Source: a virus. Taken from it: DNA of 64,000 nt. The stretch is taken from IMG/VR virus record IMGVR_UViG_3300046804_006785; one strand, 5' to 3'. Of this stretch, positions 19,746-31,600 are shown piece after piece (the first letter of the stretch is position 1; each line of letters begins with the position of its first letter). The translations under genes and the position numbers were made by a program. Below the pieces are notes generated by a model. That model had not been told where the DNA came from, ran no database searches, and was given only the letters and a program-made list of their open reading frames with translations.

Positions 19746-20357
19746 ATGCCCATCACTTTAGATTTTAGTCGTCCAAAATCTGTTACTACAAACTCAACTA
19801 ACGCGGTTATCAATGCGGGTACTGCGGTAGAAGTTGATACAGGTTCAGAAGAGTCTTACTTTTTGCCTTTCACCCATGCGTCTATTACTCCTAGCGCGTT
19901 TAATGTAGCTGGTTGTAACTTAGTAGCAAGTAACACCACTATTACCACTACTACTGCTGATGGCTTTGCGTCTGTGCGAGTGGGTGATGTTGTCACTGTT
20001 AATGCTGGTGGCGGTACTATTTCTGCTAACACTGTAACTGCTGTTAATAGCACAACTTCTATTACTTTAAGCGTTGCGCCTTCTGCTAGTAGTTCATCTG
20101 CTAATAGCACTACCCTAACAATTACACCTCCCGCTATTACACCTACTACTTGGGGTATTCGCTTAACTTATGTCAGGTCTGGCTCTGTGGTTTCTATTCG
20201 TCCTACTTTGTTTCTTTATGACGGTAGTTTGAATGGTGCGGCAGGTACGGCGGCTAATGCTACCGCTGTTATTAACTTGGTTGATGCTCAGGGTAACTCG
20301 CCTAGCGTTGATCTGGATGCTTTTTATAGCAATATTCGCGTAGCTAGAACTGCTTAA
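19746..20357 (+). CDS. Virion structural protein (Thr/Ser/Ala-rich)
   Basis: 203 aa in the tail operon; beta-rich composition. Confidence 0.55.
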   Translation: MPITLDFSRPKSVTTNSTNAVINAGTAVEVDTGSEESYFLPFTHASITPSAFNVAGCNLVASNTTITTTTADGFASVRVGDVVTVNAGGGTISANTVTAVNSTTSITLSVAPSASSSSANSTTLTITPPAITPTTWGIRLTYVRSGSVVSIRPTLFLYDGSLNGAAGTAANATAVINLVDAQGNSPSVDLDAFYSNIRVARTA

Positions 20358-20398
20358 TCTCTTTAATTTTGTTTAATCTCAAATAGGATTTTTAAATT

Positions 20399-21157
20399 AT
20401 GGCTATTGCTAATCGTCCCGTACAAACTGTCATTCTTCAAAACTATACTTTAGATTTGAAGTTGCTACCAGAGAATACTCGTAGTGTCACTACAGCAACT
20501 ATTACCGCCCCATCTGGTGCTGCTGAAAGTGCTACTACTCTTAATGTAGTCACTACCGCAGGTGTTAACTACACAATTGCGGCTGGTACATCTTTAAATT
20601 TTGCTGCTCCTTCTAACCCTCTTAGCAGACAACAGGTATTAGTGTTAGCTAACGCGACTTTGAACGGTACAAGTACCGTAACTCTTAGCATTGCTCCTTT
20701 ATTAGACCCCATTGTTGCTAACTCTACATCTCGCTTAGTGCAAGATATGTTCCCACTATTGGGAATTACTAGCTTTGGGTTACAGCCTTCTCCTACTGTT
20801 GTGGATACTACACACTCTCAATCCGGTTCAGGTACTAGTTCTGCTATTATCCGTTCTAAGCGGGAAATATCTGTAGAAGGTATTGAATATGTAGGTGATA
20901 TTGCTTTAGAACAATTCATCAAACGTACACACTTCGATCCTGTGTACATGAACCGTGAATTGTACGCTATTGCTACCTATCCTAACGGATCTAGATTTGA
21001 AGGGGCTGCTAAGTCTACCGCTTTAAACTTGACAGGTACACCAATGGAAGTAATGAAGTATACCTTTACTTTAGAGTTCCAAGACGATTGGATTTGGACT
21101 CCTGCCTACTACGCTAGTGGCGGTTTATCTAATGGTTTCCCCAACTATAACCTCTAA
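20399..21157 (+). CDS. Major tail tube protein
   Basis: 252 aa upstream of the chaperone and TMP; C-terminal YPNGSRFEGAAK...MKYTFTLEFQ. Confidence 0.75.
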   Translation: MAIANRPVQTVILQNYTLDLKLLPENTRSVTTATITAPSGAAESATTLNVVTTAGVNYTIAAGTSLNFAAPSNPLSRQQVLVLANATLNGTSTVTLSIAPLLDPIVANSTSRLVQDMFPLLGITSFGLQPSPTVVDTTHSQSGSGTSSAIIRSKREISVEGIEYVGDIALEQFIKRTHFDPVYMNRELYAIATYPNGSRFEGAAKSTALNLTGTPMEVMKYTFTLEFQDDWIWTPAYYASGGLSNGFPNYNL

Positions 21158-21399
21158 TGAAAGTTTTGAAAGATAGTACAGGTTTACTGGCTGTCTTAAT
21201 TAACTGCCGCATTACGCAAGATAGGTTGTTATGTGGTGCGGCAGTTTTTAGGGGTGGTTTATCTGGAGAAATTATTGTTTCTAATGACAAATCTACCTAC
21301 AAAATTAAAATCCCTGATTCAGTTCAGACGGTGGCAACCTATCAAGTTTTTGCAGACTCAGATGATAATTTGGAGATTGAATATGCGTCCAGTAATTAA
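21157..21399 (+). CDS. Hypothetical tail-operon protein
   Basis: 80 aa; TAATG coupling. Confidence 0.6.
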   Translation: MKVLKDSTGLLAVLINCRITQDRLLCGAAVFRGGLSGEIIVSNDKSTYKIKIPDSVQTVATYQVFADSDDNLEIEYASSN

Positions 21400-22216
21400 T
21401 AAAAAGCCAAGATACGAAATTGTTCCAGTTGGTGATGATCTATCAGGAATTATCTATTTAGAAAAGCGTGGATCTTTGACTGTTGGCGAAGCTAGTGCTG
21501 TGGATATGATTGATGCTAAACGTCAAAAAGCAGCAATTATTGCTTCTAAATTAGTTAAAAAAATCTCCGTTGATCGTGGTGTAACCATTGCTGAGGCTCA
21601 AGAATTATTATCCCCTACTCGCAACGCTGATAGTGGTGTTGAGGTTGATAATTCTGCTGTAATCTATGATTACATTGAGGATTTTACTGAGTTAAATTCT
21701 TTAAGTGCCATTGATAGTGCTTCTGTTTCTATTGCTATAGCTACTTTATTAATTCAAAAACGGGTAGCTTTTCCTGTGGAATTATTAGCACCTGTAGCAT
21801 TTAATTCTACTCAGATTAAAATTGCGCCTGTTAACTTTTATCTGAAGGATAAACAGGTAATTAAATTTGGTGATTGCTTAGTAGTTGTTAACGGTAATCA
21901 TGAACCTGCTAATGAGCAAGATTATCTGAATATTAATGTTCTACCTGTGTCTGAAAATCTGGAAGCTGTAACTGGTTTCTTGTACAACAAAGCTGAGAAA
22001 AAATATCAGGTTGGTACTGAAGATTGGACAGAAGAAGATACCAAGGGCTGCAGTAATGAATTTGTTTCAGCTATCTACAAGTTCTATGAAAATGAACGCA
22101 GTCGTTGGCAAGTAGAAGCACCTGTAACTAATGCGGCTGTCCAGGGGGAGCAACAGCAACCAGTCCAATTGACTGGAGTAGCATCTACTGGCGAATCCAG
22201 TCCTATAGGATATTAG
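21383..22216 (+). CDS. Tail assembly chaperone (gpG analogue)
   Basis: Between tube and TMP; likely start MRPVINK at 21383; slippery site near the 3' end. Confidence 0.7.
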   Translation: MRPVINKKPRYEIVPVGDDLSGIIYLEKRGSLTVGEASAVDMIDAKRQKAAIIASKLVKKISVDRGVTIAEAQELLSPTRNADSGVEVDNSAVIYDYIEDFTELNSLSAIDSASVSIAIATLLIQKRVAFPVELLAPVAFNSTQIKIAPVNFYLKDKQVIKFGDCLVVVNGNHEPANEQDYLNINVLPVSENLEAVTGFLYNKAEKKYQVGTEDWTEEDTKGCSNEFVSAIYKFYENERSRWQVEAPVTNAAVQGEQQQPVQLTGVASTGESSPIGY

Positions 22217-22542
22217 ACCCTAGATTTGCTGATTGGGATACCTTTCTCGATCAGCCTATTCATATAGTTTTTGAGTGCATTGAGGCACTTGAAAAGAACA
22301 GGAAAGAGCAGTCAAACATTGAGGCAAGGGTTCACGCTATCGGATGGTCTGGACTGTTTAACGGGTTCAAAAAAGAAACAGATCCGAGTATTGATTTTGT
22401 GGACTTGTTGCCCTTTGCAGACGAAATTAAAGAGAATAATCGGAAAGTCAGTGAACGGACAGAAGCGATTATTTCTGAATTAATTAAAACTAATGGTTTG
22501 TCTGCTCCTGTTCTGTCCGCGTTGAGTCTGCTATTACCTTGA
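22144..22542 (+). CDS. -1 frameshift extension of the chaperone (gpGT analogue)
   Basis: G GGG GAG at 22144-22150; the -1 frame is open for ~130 codons to TGA 22540-22542 with no ATG (..PIDWSSIYWRIQSY..DLLPFADE..). Confidence 0.75.
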   Translation, partial: GGATATSPIDWSSIYWRIQSYRILDPRFADWDTFLDQPIHIVFECIEALEKNRKEQSNIEARVHAIGWSGLFNGFKKETDPSIDFVDLLPFADEIKENNRKVSERTEAIISELIKTNGLSAPVLSALSLLLP

Positions 22543-22585
22543 TTGTAAATTACGAATTTTAATTACGAATTTACAATCTTTTTTT
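22541..22585 (+). terminator. Hairpin/terminator before the TMP, with AATTACG repeats
   Basis: GATTGTAAATT...AATTTACAATC followed by a T tract. Confidence 0.55.
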
Positions 22586-22604
22586 ATAAGAGGAGATTTT
22601 TATT

Positions 22605-25600
22605 ATGAATTTAGGTGAGTTAATTGTTGAATTGTGTGCTGATACTGCACAATTAGAAAAATCTCTAGAACAGGCTAAAAAGAAAGCCTATGAAGCGGCT
22701 GCAAGTATTGAAAAAAGTTTTGATAAAATTAATTTAGAAATTAATGTTGACGATGATAGTTTAGCTGACTTAAATAAACATCTAAATCTTAAAGTACAAC
22801 ACCTTAAAGAAGTTAATAAATATTTTAATAATAATCCGATTGTTGTTAATGTTGACGACGATCAACTTGTTGATCTTAATAAACACTTACATACTAAAGT
22901 ACAGCACCTTAAAGAAGTTAATAAATACTTTAATAGTAATCCTATAACTGTTAATACTGATGTTACTAAATTAGATGAGTTAGAACAAAGATTGGGTAAT
23001 TTATCTAGTAAAACTATTACCATAACCGTTGAATCTGATTTAAGTAAGCAATTAGAAAAAAGTTTAACTGATGCTGTTCAAAGTGCTGTAAGAGATGCTG
23101 TAAGTGAACAGTCAGCTACATCTCAACAACAGTCACAAAGAGAAAGCGCGCCATCTAATAGACCTCAACGAGTTGATGTAGTTGCTAGTCCTATGCGGTC
23201 TATTGTTGATGGACTTTTTGAAGGCGTTGGGAAGAAACTTACTAAGGGACTTGATCGCAGTATTGAAGATGCTGTTGGTGTAAATATGGACACCATGACC
23301 AGAATATCCGGTAATATGTTATTGCGCTATTTTGGTGTAGGTAAAAAAGCACAATCAGATCCTAAGAATGAACAAAAACGCGTTGAAACTATTGTTAAAG
23401 ACGGTGTATCTGCTTTTATAAGAAGTCATGATGGTAAAACTGGAAAGGGAGGTACAGGAAGGGGTAGAACTGCTAGACCATCAGGAGATGATGATCTTGG
23501 TGTAGATTTTGACAGCGTTAGCAGAATTGCTAGTAATAGCACATTAAGATATTTTGGTGTTGGTAAAAAAGCACAATCAGATCCAAAAAATCAACAAGCT
23601 AAGTTAAAGGCAATTATTGAGGATGCGATTAGAGAATATTCAGGACGGGATATAGGACAGGATAATTCTGGAGTTATTTCCAGAACATTTTCGGAAATAA
23701 ATACGGCATTTTCTGACAGTATTAATATTAGTGTTGAGAGTATTGCTCAAAGGGCTAAATTAGCGACTATTAGGCAAGTTAGAAAATCCGCCAGTTCAGT
23801 TACTCAAAACTCATCATCAGGTGTTCAAAATGCTGTAAGTGGTTTTTTTGATGCAGCTGAAAGTGGTGAAAGCGGAGCAATTACTAAATATATTGGACAA
23901 GGTTTAGCATCACAATCTAAAAAGACAGTAGAAGCTGTTTTTTCTAAAATATTTCCTAATGTGTCTTCTAGTATTAAAGGTTTATTAGGAACGGGATTAC
24001 CAAATCAAACGTCTGCACCTGTTGTTAAATCTTCCTCAGATACACTTAGAGAAGCAGCTACAGACTTAAAAAACGCTGCTAAAGCTTTAAGTGAAGCTAC
24101 CATAAATTTAGGATCTGCAACTAATACAGTCAAATCTTTACCAAGTAATAAGGCTACGGATTCATCTGTAATTAACACTACTTTAAATGATTCATTGCCT
24201 TTACCTAAGCAGCTACCAGCTAAGGAAAATAAAGTACCATTACCACTTCCAGCTAAAAAACGGGAATTAGAGCCAATTCCTGTTAATATTCCTGAGCAAA
24301 TTAAGCCACTTTTCCAAACAATTCAATCTGAAATAGTTAAAAATATTGATATATCCCAAGGCTATAAAGATGCTACGGCAGCCGAAAATAAATTAATACC
24401 TTTACCTCCTGTTTCTTCTGATAAAACAGCTAATACAAAAAAATATGCTCAGACTTCCTTAGATGAGATTGATAAAGCATTAACATCTATTAAAAAATAT
24501 TTTGCAGATGAATATAAGAGAATACAAGCAAAAGTTAAACAAGCTACCACAGTAGGTACGCATGAAGAAATTAAATCAGCAAGAGCTGAAGTTACTACTT
24601 TTGTGAAAAAGTCTAGAGAAGCAGTCGCTACTGTTGATAGGTTCGTAAAAACAGGTGAGGACGCTGGCTTTAGCAAAGATATTAATAGTGAATTGAGTGC
24701 AATTCATAGTAAAGGTAAAGCACCTATAGCTAGAAATGCTAGTAGTGCAGAAAAACTCGAAGGCAAGTTAAATCTTGCAGATAAAAAATTATTTGATCAG
24801 CAATTAAAGGGTTATACAGAGTTAGCAACTGTATATGGAGTAGAGATCCCTAGAGGTTTGCAAAACGGGATTAAACATGGTGCTGGCGGGGTATCTGATG
24901 CCGCCCGTGTTATGCTCGATGACTTTATTAAAGTAGTCCAAACCAAAATGCAGATCCAGTCACCATCTTGGTTGATGTTTGAGATGGGTCTAATGATAAC
25001 TTCGGGTTTGTTTTTAGGAATGCAAAAAGGTAATAGCAAGGTTGCTCAAGGTGCAAGACAGATAGTATCAACTGTAACTGATATTGTAGGTGCAGTAAAA
25101 ACCTTTGCTGACCCAGCTCTTGGTGCAGCTAGTGTAATACCTGGACTTACATCAATTAGCACGTATGGAAGTGCTGGTCTAAGTGCTACGGATACGGGAT
25201 TGAAAATACTAGGTAAGGTTGGAGAACGTCATGCAGCAAACCCTAGTGAAACTTTATTTCAGTCTGTAGGTGGGTCTGCTAAAGATTTTGTAAATAGCAT
25301 TGTTGCTGATAAAACTTTGACTACACCTAGAGCGGCTTTTGATCACACTATAAATATTGCTAAAGCTGGCGCGTTAGGTCTTGGTGCTAATCCGATGACT
25401 GTCAGTGCCGTTGATGCTGCTCAAGCTGGTATGACCGCGTTATTAAGAAATAGTGCTATTACTAAAGCTGTTACTCAAGCTCATGGACAAACTAAGGCGA
25501 AGTTACAAGCTGATACTTCCCTTGATTATATGTCTACGTTTAAGAGTGTTTTAAATGACAATTTGAAAGACCTTAAACTCAGTAAGAGTGAAATAGTAAG

Positions 25601-28600
25601 AGCCATTAGCAGTGTCATGAAGGTTGTACCTACAGGTTTAGGTACTGGTGCAAATTCTAATTTTGCAACTGCTGGTTATGGTGTTGATGCTGTTGTTGAT
25701 ACTTTGTCTGTACCTTTAGATTTATATAGAAAATCTAAATCTAAATCTAAATCTAAAGTTGGTCAGGGTTTACCAGTGAAAGATGCTATAGCTTCTAGTG
25801 TTGCAGATTATGGCGCACCTCAAGGAATAGCTAATGTTGTGGGGTCACTCGGTGCAAAACTTCACTCACCCTTAAATAATTTCATTAAGATCGGTAAACA
25901 GACTAACGAAGGTTTGAGCCAAGGTATATTAAGCACGGTTGCCTTATCTTCTAAAGCTATAAATACTACTGGTGACGCTATTCAAAATCAGATTAAACAA
26001 AACATGGGTATTAGTTCACCTTCAAAGGTGATGATTGCCTTGGGTGTAATGATTGCGTCAGGTCTGGCTATTGGTATTAAACAGGGTGCTGTTGACGTAT
26101 CAGGTGCTAGTAAGTTTTTGACTAATGAAGTTGATAAGATTGAATACACAATTGATAAAACATTAGCGTTAGCTTATTTAAGCTTGCCTCAGAAATTTAG
26201 AAATAAAATTGATTCTTTAGCTTTTAATTACCAATTACATAAACCAGATGTAGCTAAAGAAGTAGCTAATAAATCAAGTGCTGTAGGTGAATCTTTTAAA
26301 GGAATAGGCGAATCAGATCAATCTAACAATCCTTTAGTCGGTTTATTGTCAGCAATTAAAAAAGATTTTGGTAATAACACTGTTTTAGGTAATTTATTTA
26401 ATAGTGTCAAATCTGCATTTAGCAAAGGCGGAAGTTTAAAAGACATTGGTATTAATTTAATAACCTCTTTTGGGCAAGGATTCTTGTCTGCAAATGGTGG
26501 CGTTTTAGGGATAGTTACTAAGTTTGCTACAGGTATATTATCTACAATTAAAAGAATATTTGGGATTGCATCCCCATCAAAAGTTATGCTAGAAATGGGT
26601 CTAGATTTTGGTGAGGGTTTTGAAGATGGTGCTGTAGCTGCTTTAGTCTTAGCTAACAAGAGAATTGCTGATTTAATGGTTAAAACAGTTAATGAAAGTA
26701 AGACAGCCACAGAATCTCAAAAAGCTCTTGTAGCTAACTATGCGGCTAATATAGACGCATATCATCAAACAATTTCTAAAGGTTACAGAGAAGGTAAGTA
26801 TAACAAATCAAAGGATCTTAATGTTGCTCAAGATTTAGCAGACGGTGTAAGAGAAGGTAAATCAATGGCGGTCGACCTTGGCTTGCCTAATGTTAAAACA
26901 AACATATCAAGTATATTACAACAGTCTAAGCGAGCTGTTAATTCTCTACCTGAAGACTATGAAGCACAGAATGTCAAAAATAATCTTGCAACAACTGGAG
27001 GAAAAAACTCAGATGTGCTTGCGAGACAGAAAAAATTGTATGCAAACATACGTAGACTCAGATTACAAGCTCCCTCTCAGTCCTCTTCTATAGGAACAGA
27101 TGCTAGTGAATTAGCTAGACTACAACAGGAATTAACTCAGGCACGAAAAGACTCACTAAATAGCGATGCTTCAGTTAGATTAAAAGAGTCAAAGCGTTTA
27201 TTTGATATGTATAGCTTACAGTTTAATAATCTGAACGAAGCTAAACAAAAAGCAGAAAGTGAATTATTATTACCTTCTAAGGGCTTAGCTCGTTTATTTA
27301 ATACAGGTAAAAGAAAACAAAAACAACAGGAAATTGCAGACTATACACAAGGAATAGAATTAGTACAAGCAAAATTAAAAGAAGCTTCTGAAAACTACCA
27401 GAAAGAACGGCAGTTAAACGAACAAAACAGAGAAAATCTTAAAAGAGCATCAGAAGCTTTTTACGCGCAATACAATAAAGTTCCATTAATACCAACAACG
27501 TCAGAACCCTTTGCTCCTATAACTGGAGCATCAAAAACCGTACGGAGATTAGTAAGAAAGAGTAAACAACACCAAATACCAGATCCTCAGAACAGTCCAG
27601 TACAGGAGACATTAACTAATTTAGCTAGTACAGTTCAGCAAACTCAGCAAACAAGACCTCACTTATCAACTAGAACACAAGCTACACAGCCCTACCCACC
27701 CATACGTATTAACTTAAATGCGTTAATGGCTGGTAATATGTCTCGGTTATTTGATCGTTATTCACAAATTCCAGATCCTTGGTCTACTGCTCCTGGAAGC
27801 GGTGTAATCAATTTCCCAGCACCACAAATACCTCAGCCAAATACAACTTCACAATTAGGTCAGTTTATTGTATACCACGCTAGATCATGGCCACAGTCTA
27901 CCACTATAAACCAACCATTTAATCCTTCTCCTAGACCTGTACCTCCTGTACCTCCTGTACCTCCAGTACCTCCTAGACCTGTACCTCCTGTACCTCCAGT
28001 ACCTCCTAGACCTGTACCTCCATCACCTCCATCACCTCCATCACCGCCCACACCGCCCATACCTCCAGTACCGCCCACACCCCCTATACCTCCAGTACCA
28101 CCCACACCGCCCATACCTCCAGTACCGCCCACACCCCCTATACCTCCAGTACCACCAACAATGATGAGTCAGTATTTGAGTCTGGGTAAAGACTTAATTA
28201 CTAATCTATTTACTGCTGTTGGTGATAGTGTTCGTCAAAGCACACTTTCTGGTTATGCTTCATTAGGTCAGGTGATGCGTAATGCTGTAAACGCTGCCTT
28301 ATTCTCCCTTGCTGATACTTTGAAACAACCGCTCTATCAAGGTTTGTTGTCTCAAAGTCGCTCTATAATGCCTTGGTTTATGAAGTTCATACCCAAGACA
28401 TTACAACTTGTACCAATGCTGAAACCATTGATACCTGTACTGGGCGGCTTAACTTTAGGGTTGGGTAATGCAATTATCAAAAATTTACTTAATAATGATG
28501 TCTTAAAACCAGGTGGGTTCTTAACAAAATTATTAAGTTCTGTTACCAGAATAGATTTATCTTCTTTATCTGGACAGAAAACACACGGGATAATAGGTGG

Positions 28601-31600
28601 AATATCTCGAATGTTAAACCCCATTCCTAGTATGTTCCCTCTACCTCCAGTTGCAGGTGTAGGTATGGGCGGATCAATGCTAGGTATGTTTGGAATGTTT
28701 ATGAATACCTTTGGTGGTATCTTAGGGTTGGATCAATCATTAAGATCAAATCCAAGAAACCAAGCTCCTACTGTTGAAAGGGTCTTACAAGAACAAACGG
28801 CAGCTAATCGCAAAAAAGCAGGATTAGGTAATGCTAAAGGTACTAAAGCTAGTCAACAATTAATTGAGAATTTAGGTAATACTGCCATAGATAGTGTTTT
28901 AGAAAATCTCAATATTCCTATGATTCCTACTTCTGTTATACAAGGGTTAACAGGGAATAAACTAAAACAACAATCAGGAACAATTGTAGAGGTTATTAAC
29001 TCTCTTGGTGTTCAAAGAAGCAGGACTGAGCAATTATTAGAAAGAACTGTTAAATCAGGTCGTACAAATGTTAGCAAAAGAACAGAGATACTAACTAAGC
29101 AAGCATTGAAAGAGCGCGGTATAGACGCAAAAACTCGCGACTCTATGACTACAGATGAGTTAGCAAGAGCTAGACAGAATATTATTGGCAAACCACTGGC
29201 ACTGACTGATAATGAACGAAAATTAATGTTAGCTATGGGTAATGTTCAAGATTCTGGAATACCTCTTAGTCCTAAGCAAGCTCAAAGATTAGATATACTC
29301 ACTGCCAAAGTTTTAAAAGAACGCGGTCAGATTAAGGATTTTCAAAAAATTAGGCAAGCTGGTGGGTTAGATACTTTCCGTCAAGATTTAGTTAATAATC
29401 CACGCACGGGCAAATTTGTTGGCAGACTTACAGAAGCTTATGCTGGTAATGATCAAGAGGCTATGAAGGGATTGCTGTTAGAAGGCTTGAGAAAAGCTGG
29501 TATGTCTTCACAGCAACTTAAAAACATAGATCCTAAACTTTTAGATACGGCTACTGCGGGTTTGATGGCATCCTTAACTGGCTTGCAAGCTAAGTTTAAG
29601 GAGAAGGGCTTTGATATGGGTAAATCCATAGCCCAAGGTTTTAAAGACTCTGTACGTAATCTTGCTAATGCTAAGGATGACCTGGAATATAATGCTAAAA
29701 AAGCACTAGGTCAAGCTAATTTTGGCGATGCCGTTGGTGTCATCTTTAAGCGCATGAGTCGGGGTACTGTAGCTACCCAGGATCAATTTAAGGAAATGTA
29801 CAACCAGATGGGATCTGGTGTGAAAAAAGTTCTGTTTAGCGATCCAAAAAAAGCTGACGCAACTTTCCCGAATGTGTTGCAATTTATGGGGTCTATTGCT
29901 GCAACTTTAGCACCTGTAACATCTTTGTTTGCTTCCTTAAGTCCCTTATTCTTACCTCTAGCTCCGATTATTGGTGGTATAGGTGCGGCTGTGAGTATGG
30001 TTTCACCTCATGTAGCTAAACTCATGGATGGTATTCAGCGAGTAGAAATATTACAAAGAAGGTTTACTTTCTTAGGCGGATCTAAAGCAGGTGGCGAAGC
30101 AGAATTTAAGTATGCCAAAGACATTGCTAATAAAATGAATGTCCCCTCTGAAACTGCGGCTAATGCTTATTCTCAGTTAGCTATAGCAGCCAAGGATAGT
30201 AAGATGGAAGGACAAGGTGTCAAAGATTTGTTTGAAGGTATTACAGCATCTCTAAGCACGTTAGGTATTGGTGGTCACGATGCAAGTTTAGTCTTCATGG
30301 CTTATACGCAAATCCTGGCTAAAGGTAAGCTGTCAATGGAAGAATTAAGACAGCAATTGGGTGAGAAATTCCCGCCAGCTATGGGTGTATTTGCTAAGGC
30401 TATGGGTGTGTCAGTACCAGAAATGAACGCTCTCATCTCGTCTGGTAGTGTTTTATCTCAAGATATCTTACCTAAAGTTGCTAAAGTACTCAAACAAGAT
30501 TATGGTAATTCGGCTGCTAGTCAAGCGGGTGGGCTAGTAGTTGCATTAAATAAACTAGGTAATGTGGGTTTTGAGATAACCACAATCTTTACTGATAAGT
30601 TAGGCGGAACTCTAGGTTTCTTTGTTAGTACTTTTGCTGATGGCTTATCTTTGTTCAGTAAGAGTCTTGGAGCGTTAATACCTTTAGGTCAATCTTTTGC
30701 CATTGGTTTTGCTGCCACTATAGGTATCGGGTTAACAGTAATCATGACTAAGTTTAAACCCTTGGTTACTTTACTTGGATCTTTGCAAAACCTATTGATG
30801 GCAACTTTTTCAGTTGTAGCTACTAACATGATGCCGATGATTATTGGTGTCACTGCTGATGTTGCTGATAATTGGTTAGGTGCTGAAAAAGACATGATCG
30901 CTAACATGAAAGATGGTATCACCAATATGGTTGTTGCCACTTTTAGCACTATAGACTCGGTTATGCGATCTATGAGTGATGGCAATGTCAGCTTCTCATC
31001 TATGTTTGGCAGCTTAGTACAAGGTGCTGAACAAGCAGGTAATATGATTGACTGGCTTAAAGGTGTGTTTAGTGGGTTCTTTAAAGTCATACCTCCAGGA
31101 TTCATTGAACTACTAGCAATGGTGTTCATGTTTGAACAAGGTGCAGGGCTAATGACAATGGCTTTAGCTCCTGCTTTTAAAGGATTCTTCGGCGCATTAA
31201 CTGGGATGCTTGGCGGCGCAGCTAAAGCCTTTGTAGGTGTCATGACCTCAATGAAGGTTGCTAGTGAGTTAATGATGACTTCTATGGGTGCAGCTATAAC
31301 CGCTAGTGAAGCAAGAATTAAAATCTTCTCAGCTACTTTAGGATTTTTGAGAACTGCGTTAACTCATATAGGTGTCGCTTTTGCCATATTAATGTTTTCT
31401 AAAGGTGACTTTAGCAATCCTATGGGTGATTCACTCAAGGAAGCAACTAAGGAACTCAATAATGGTTTGACTGAGATTAGAGCCAATGTTCAAAAAACGG
31501 CGGACTCCTTTGATAAAGCAACTAACAATGTTAAAAAGTTAGGCGGATCACTAGCTGACACATTACCTTCTAAAGGCGTACAGCTTGACATTAGAAGCTT

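Noticed and set aside
22271-22483. 70-aa ORF in the track before the TMP
   Set aside because: It is a shadow frame; the longer -1 frame 22147-22542, reached by frameshift, is the plausible product
27860-28132. Gly-rich minus-strand ORF
   Set aside because: Reverse complement of the TMP proline repeats; other antisense ORFs inside rep, TMP, fibre genes and dnaN were dismissed likewise
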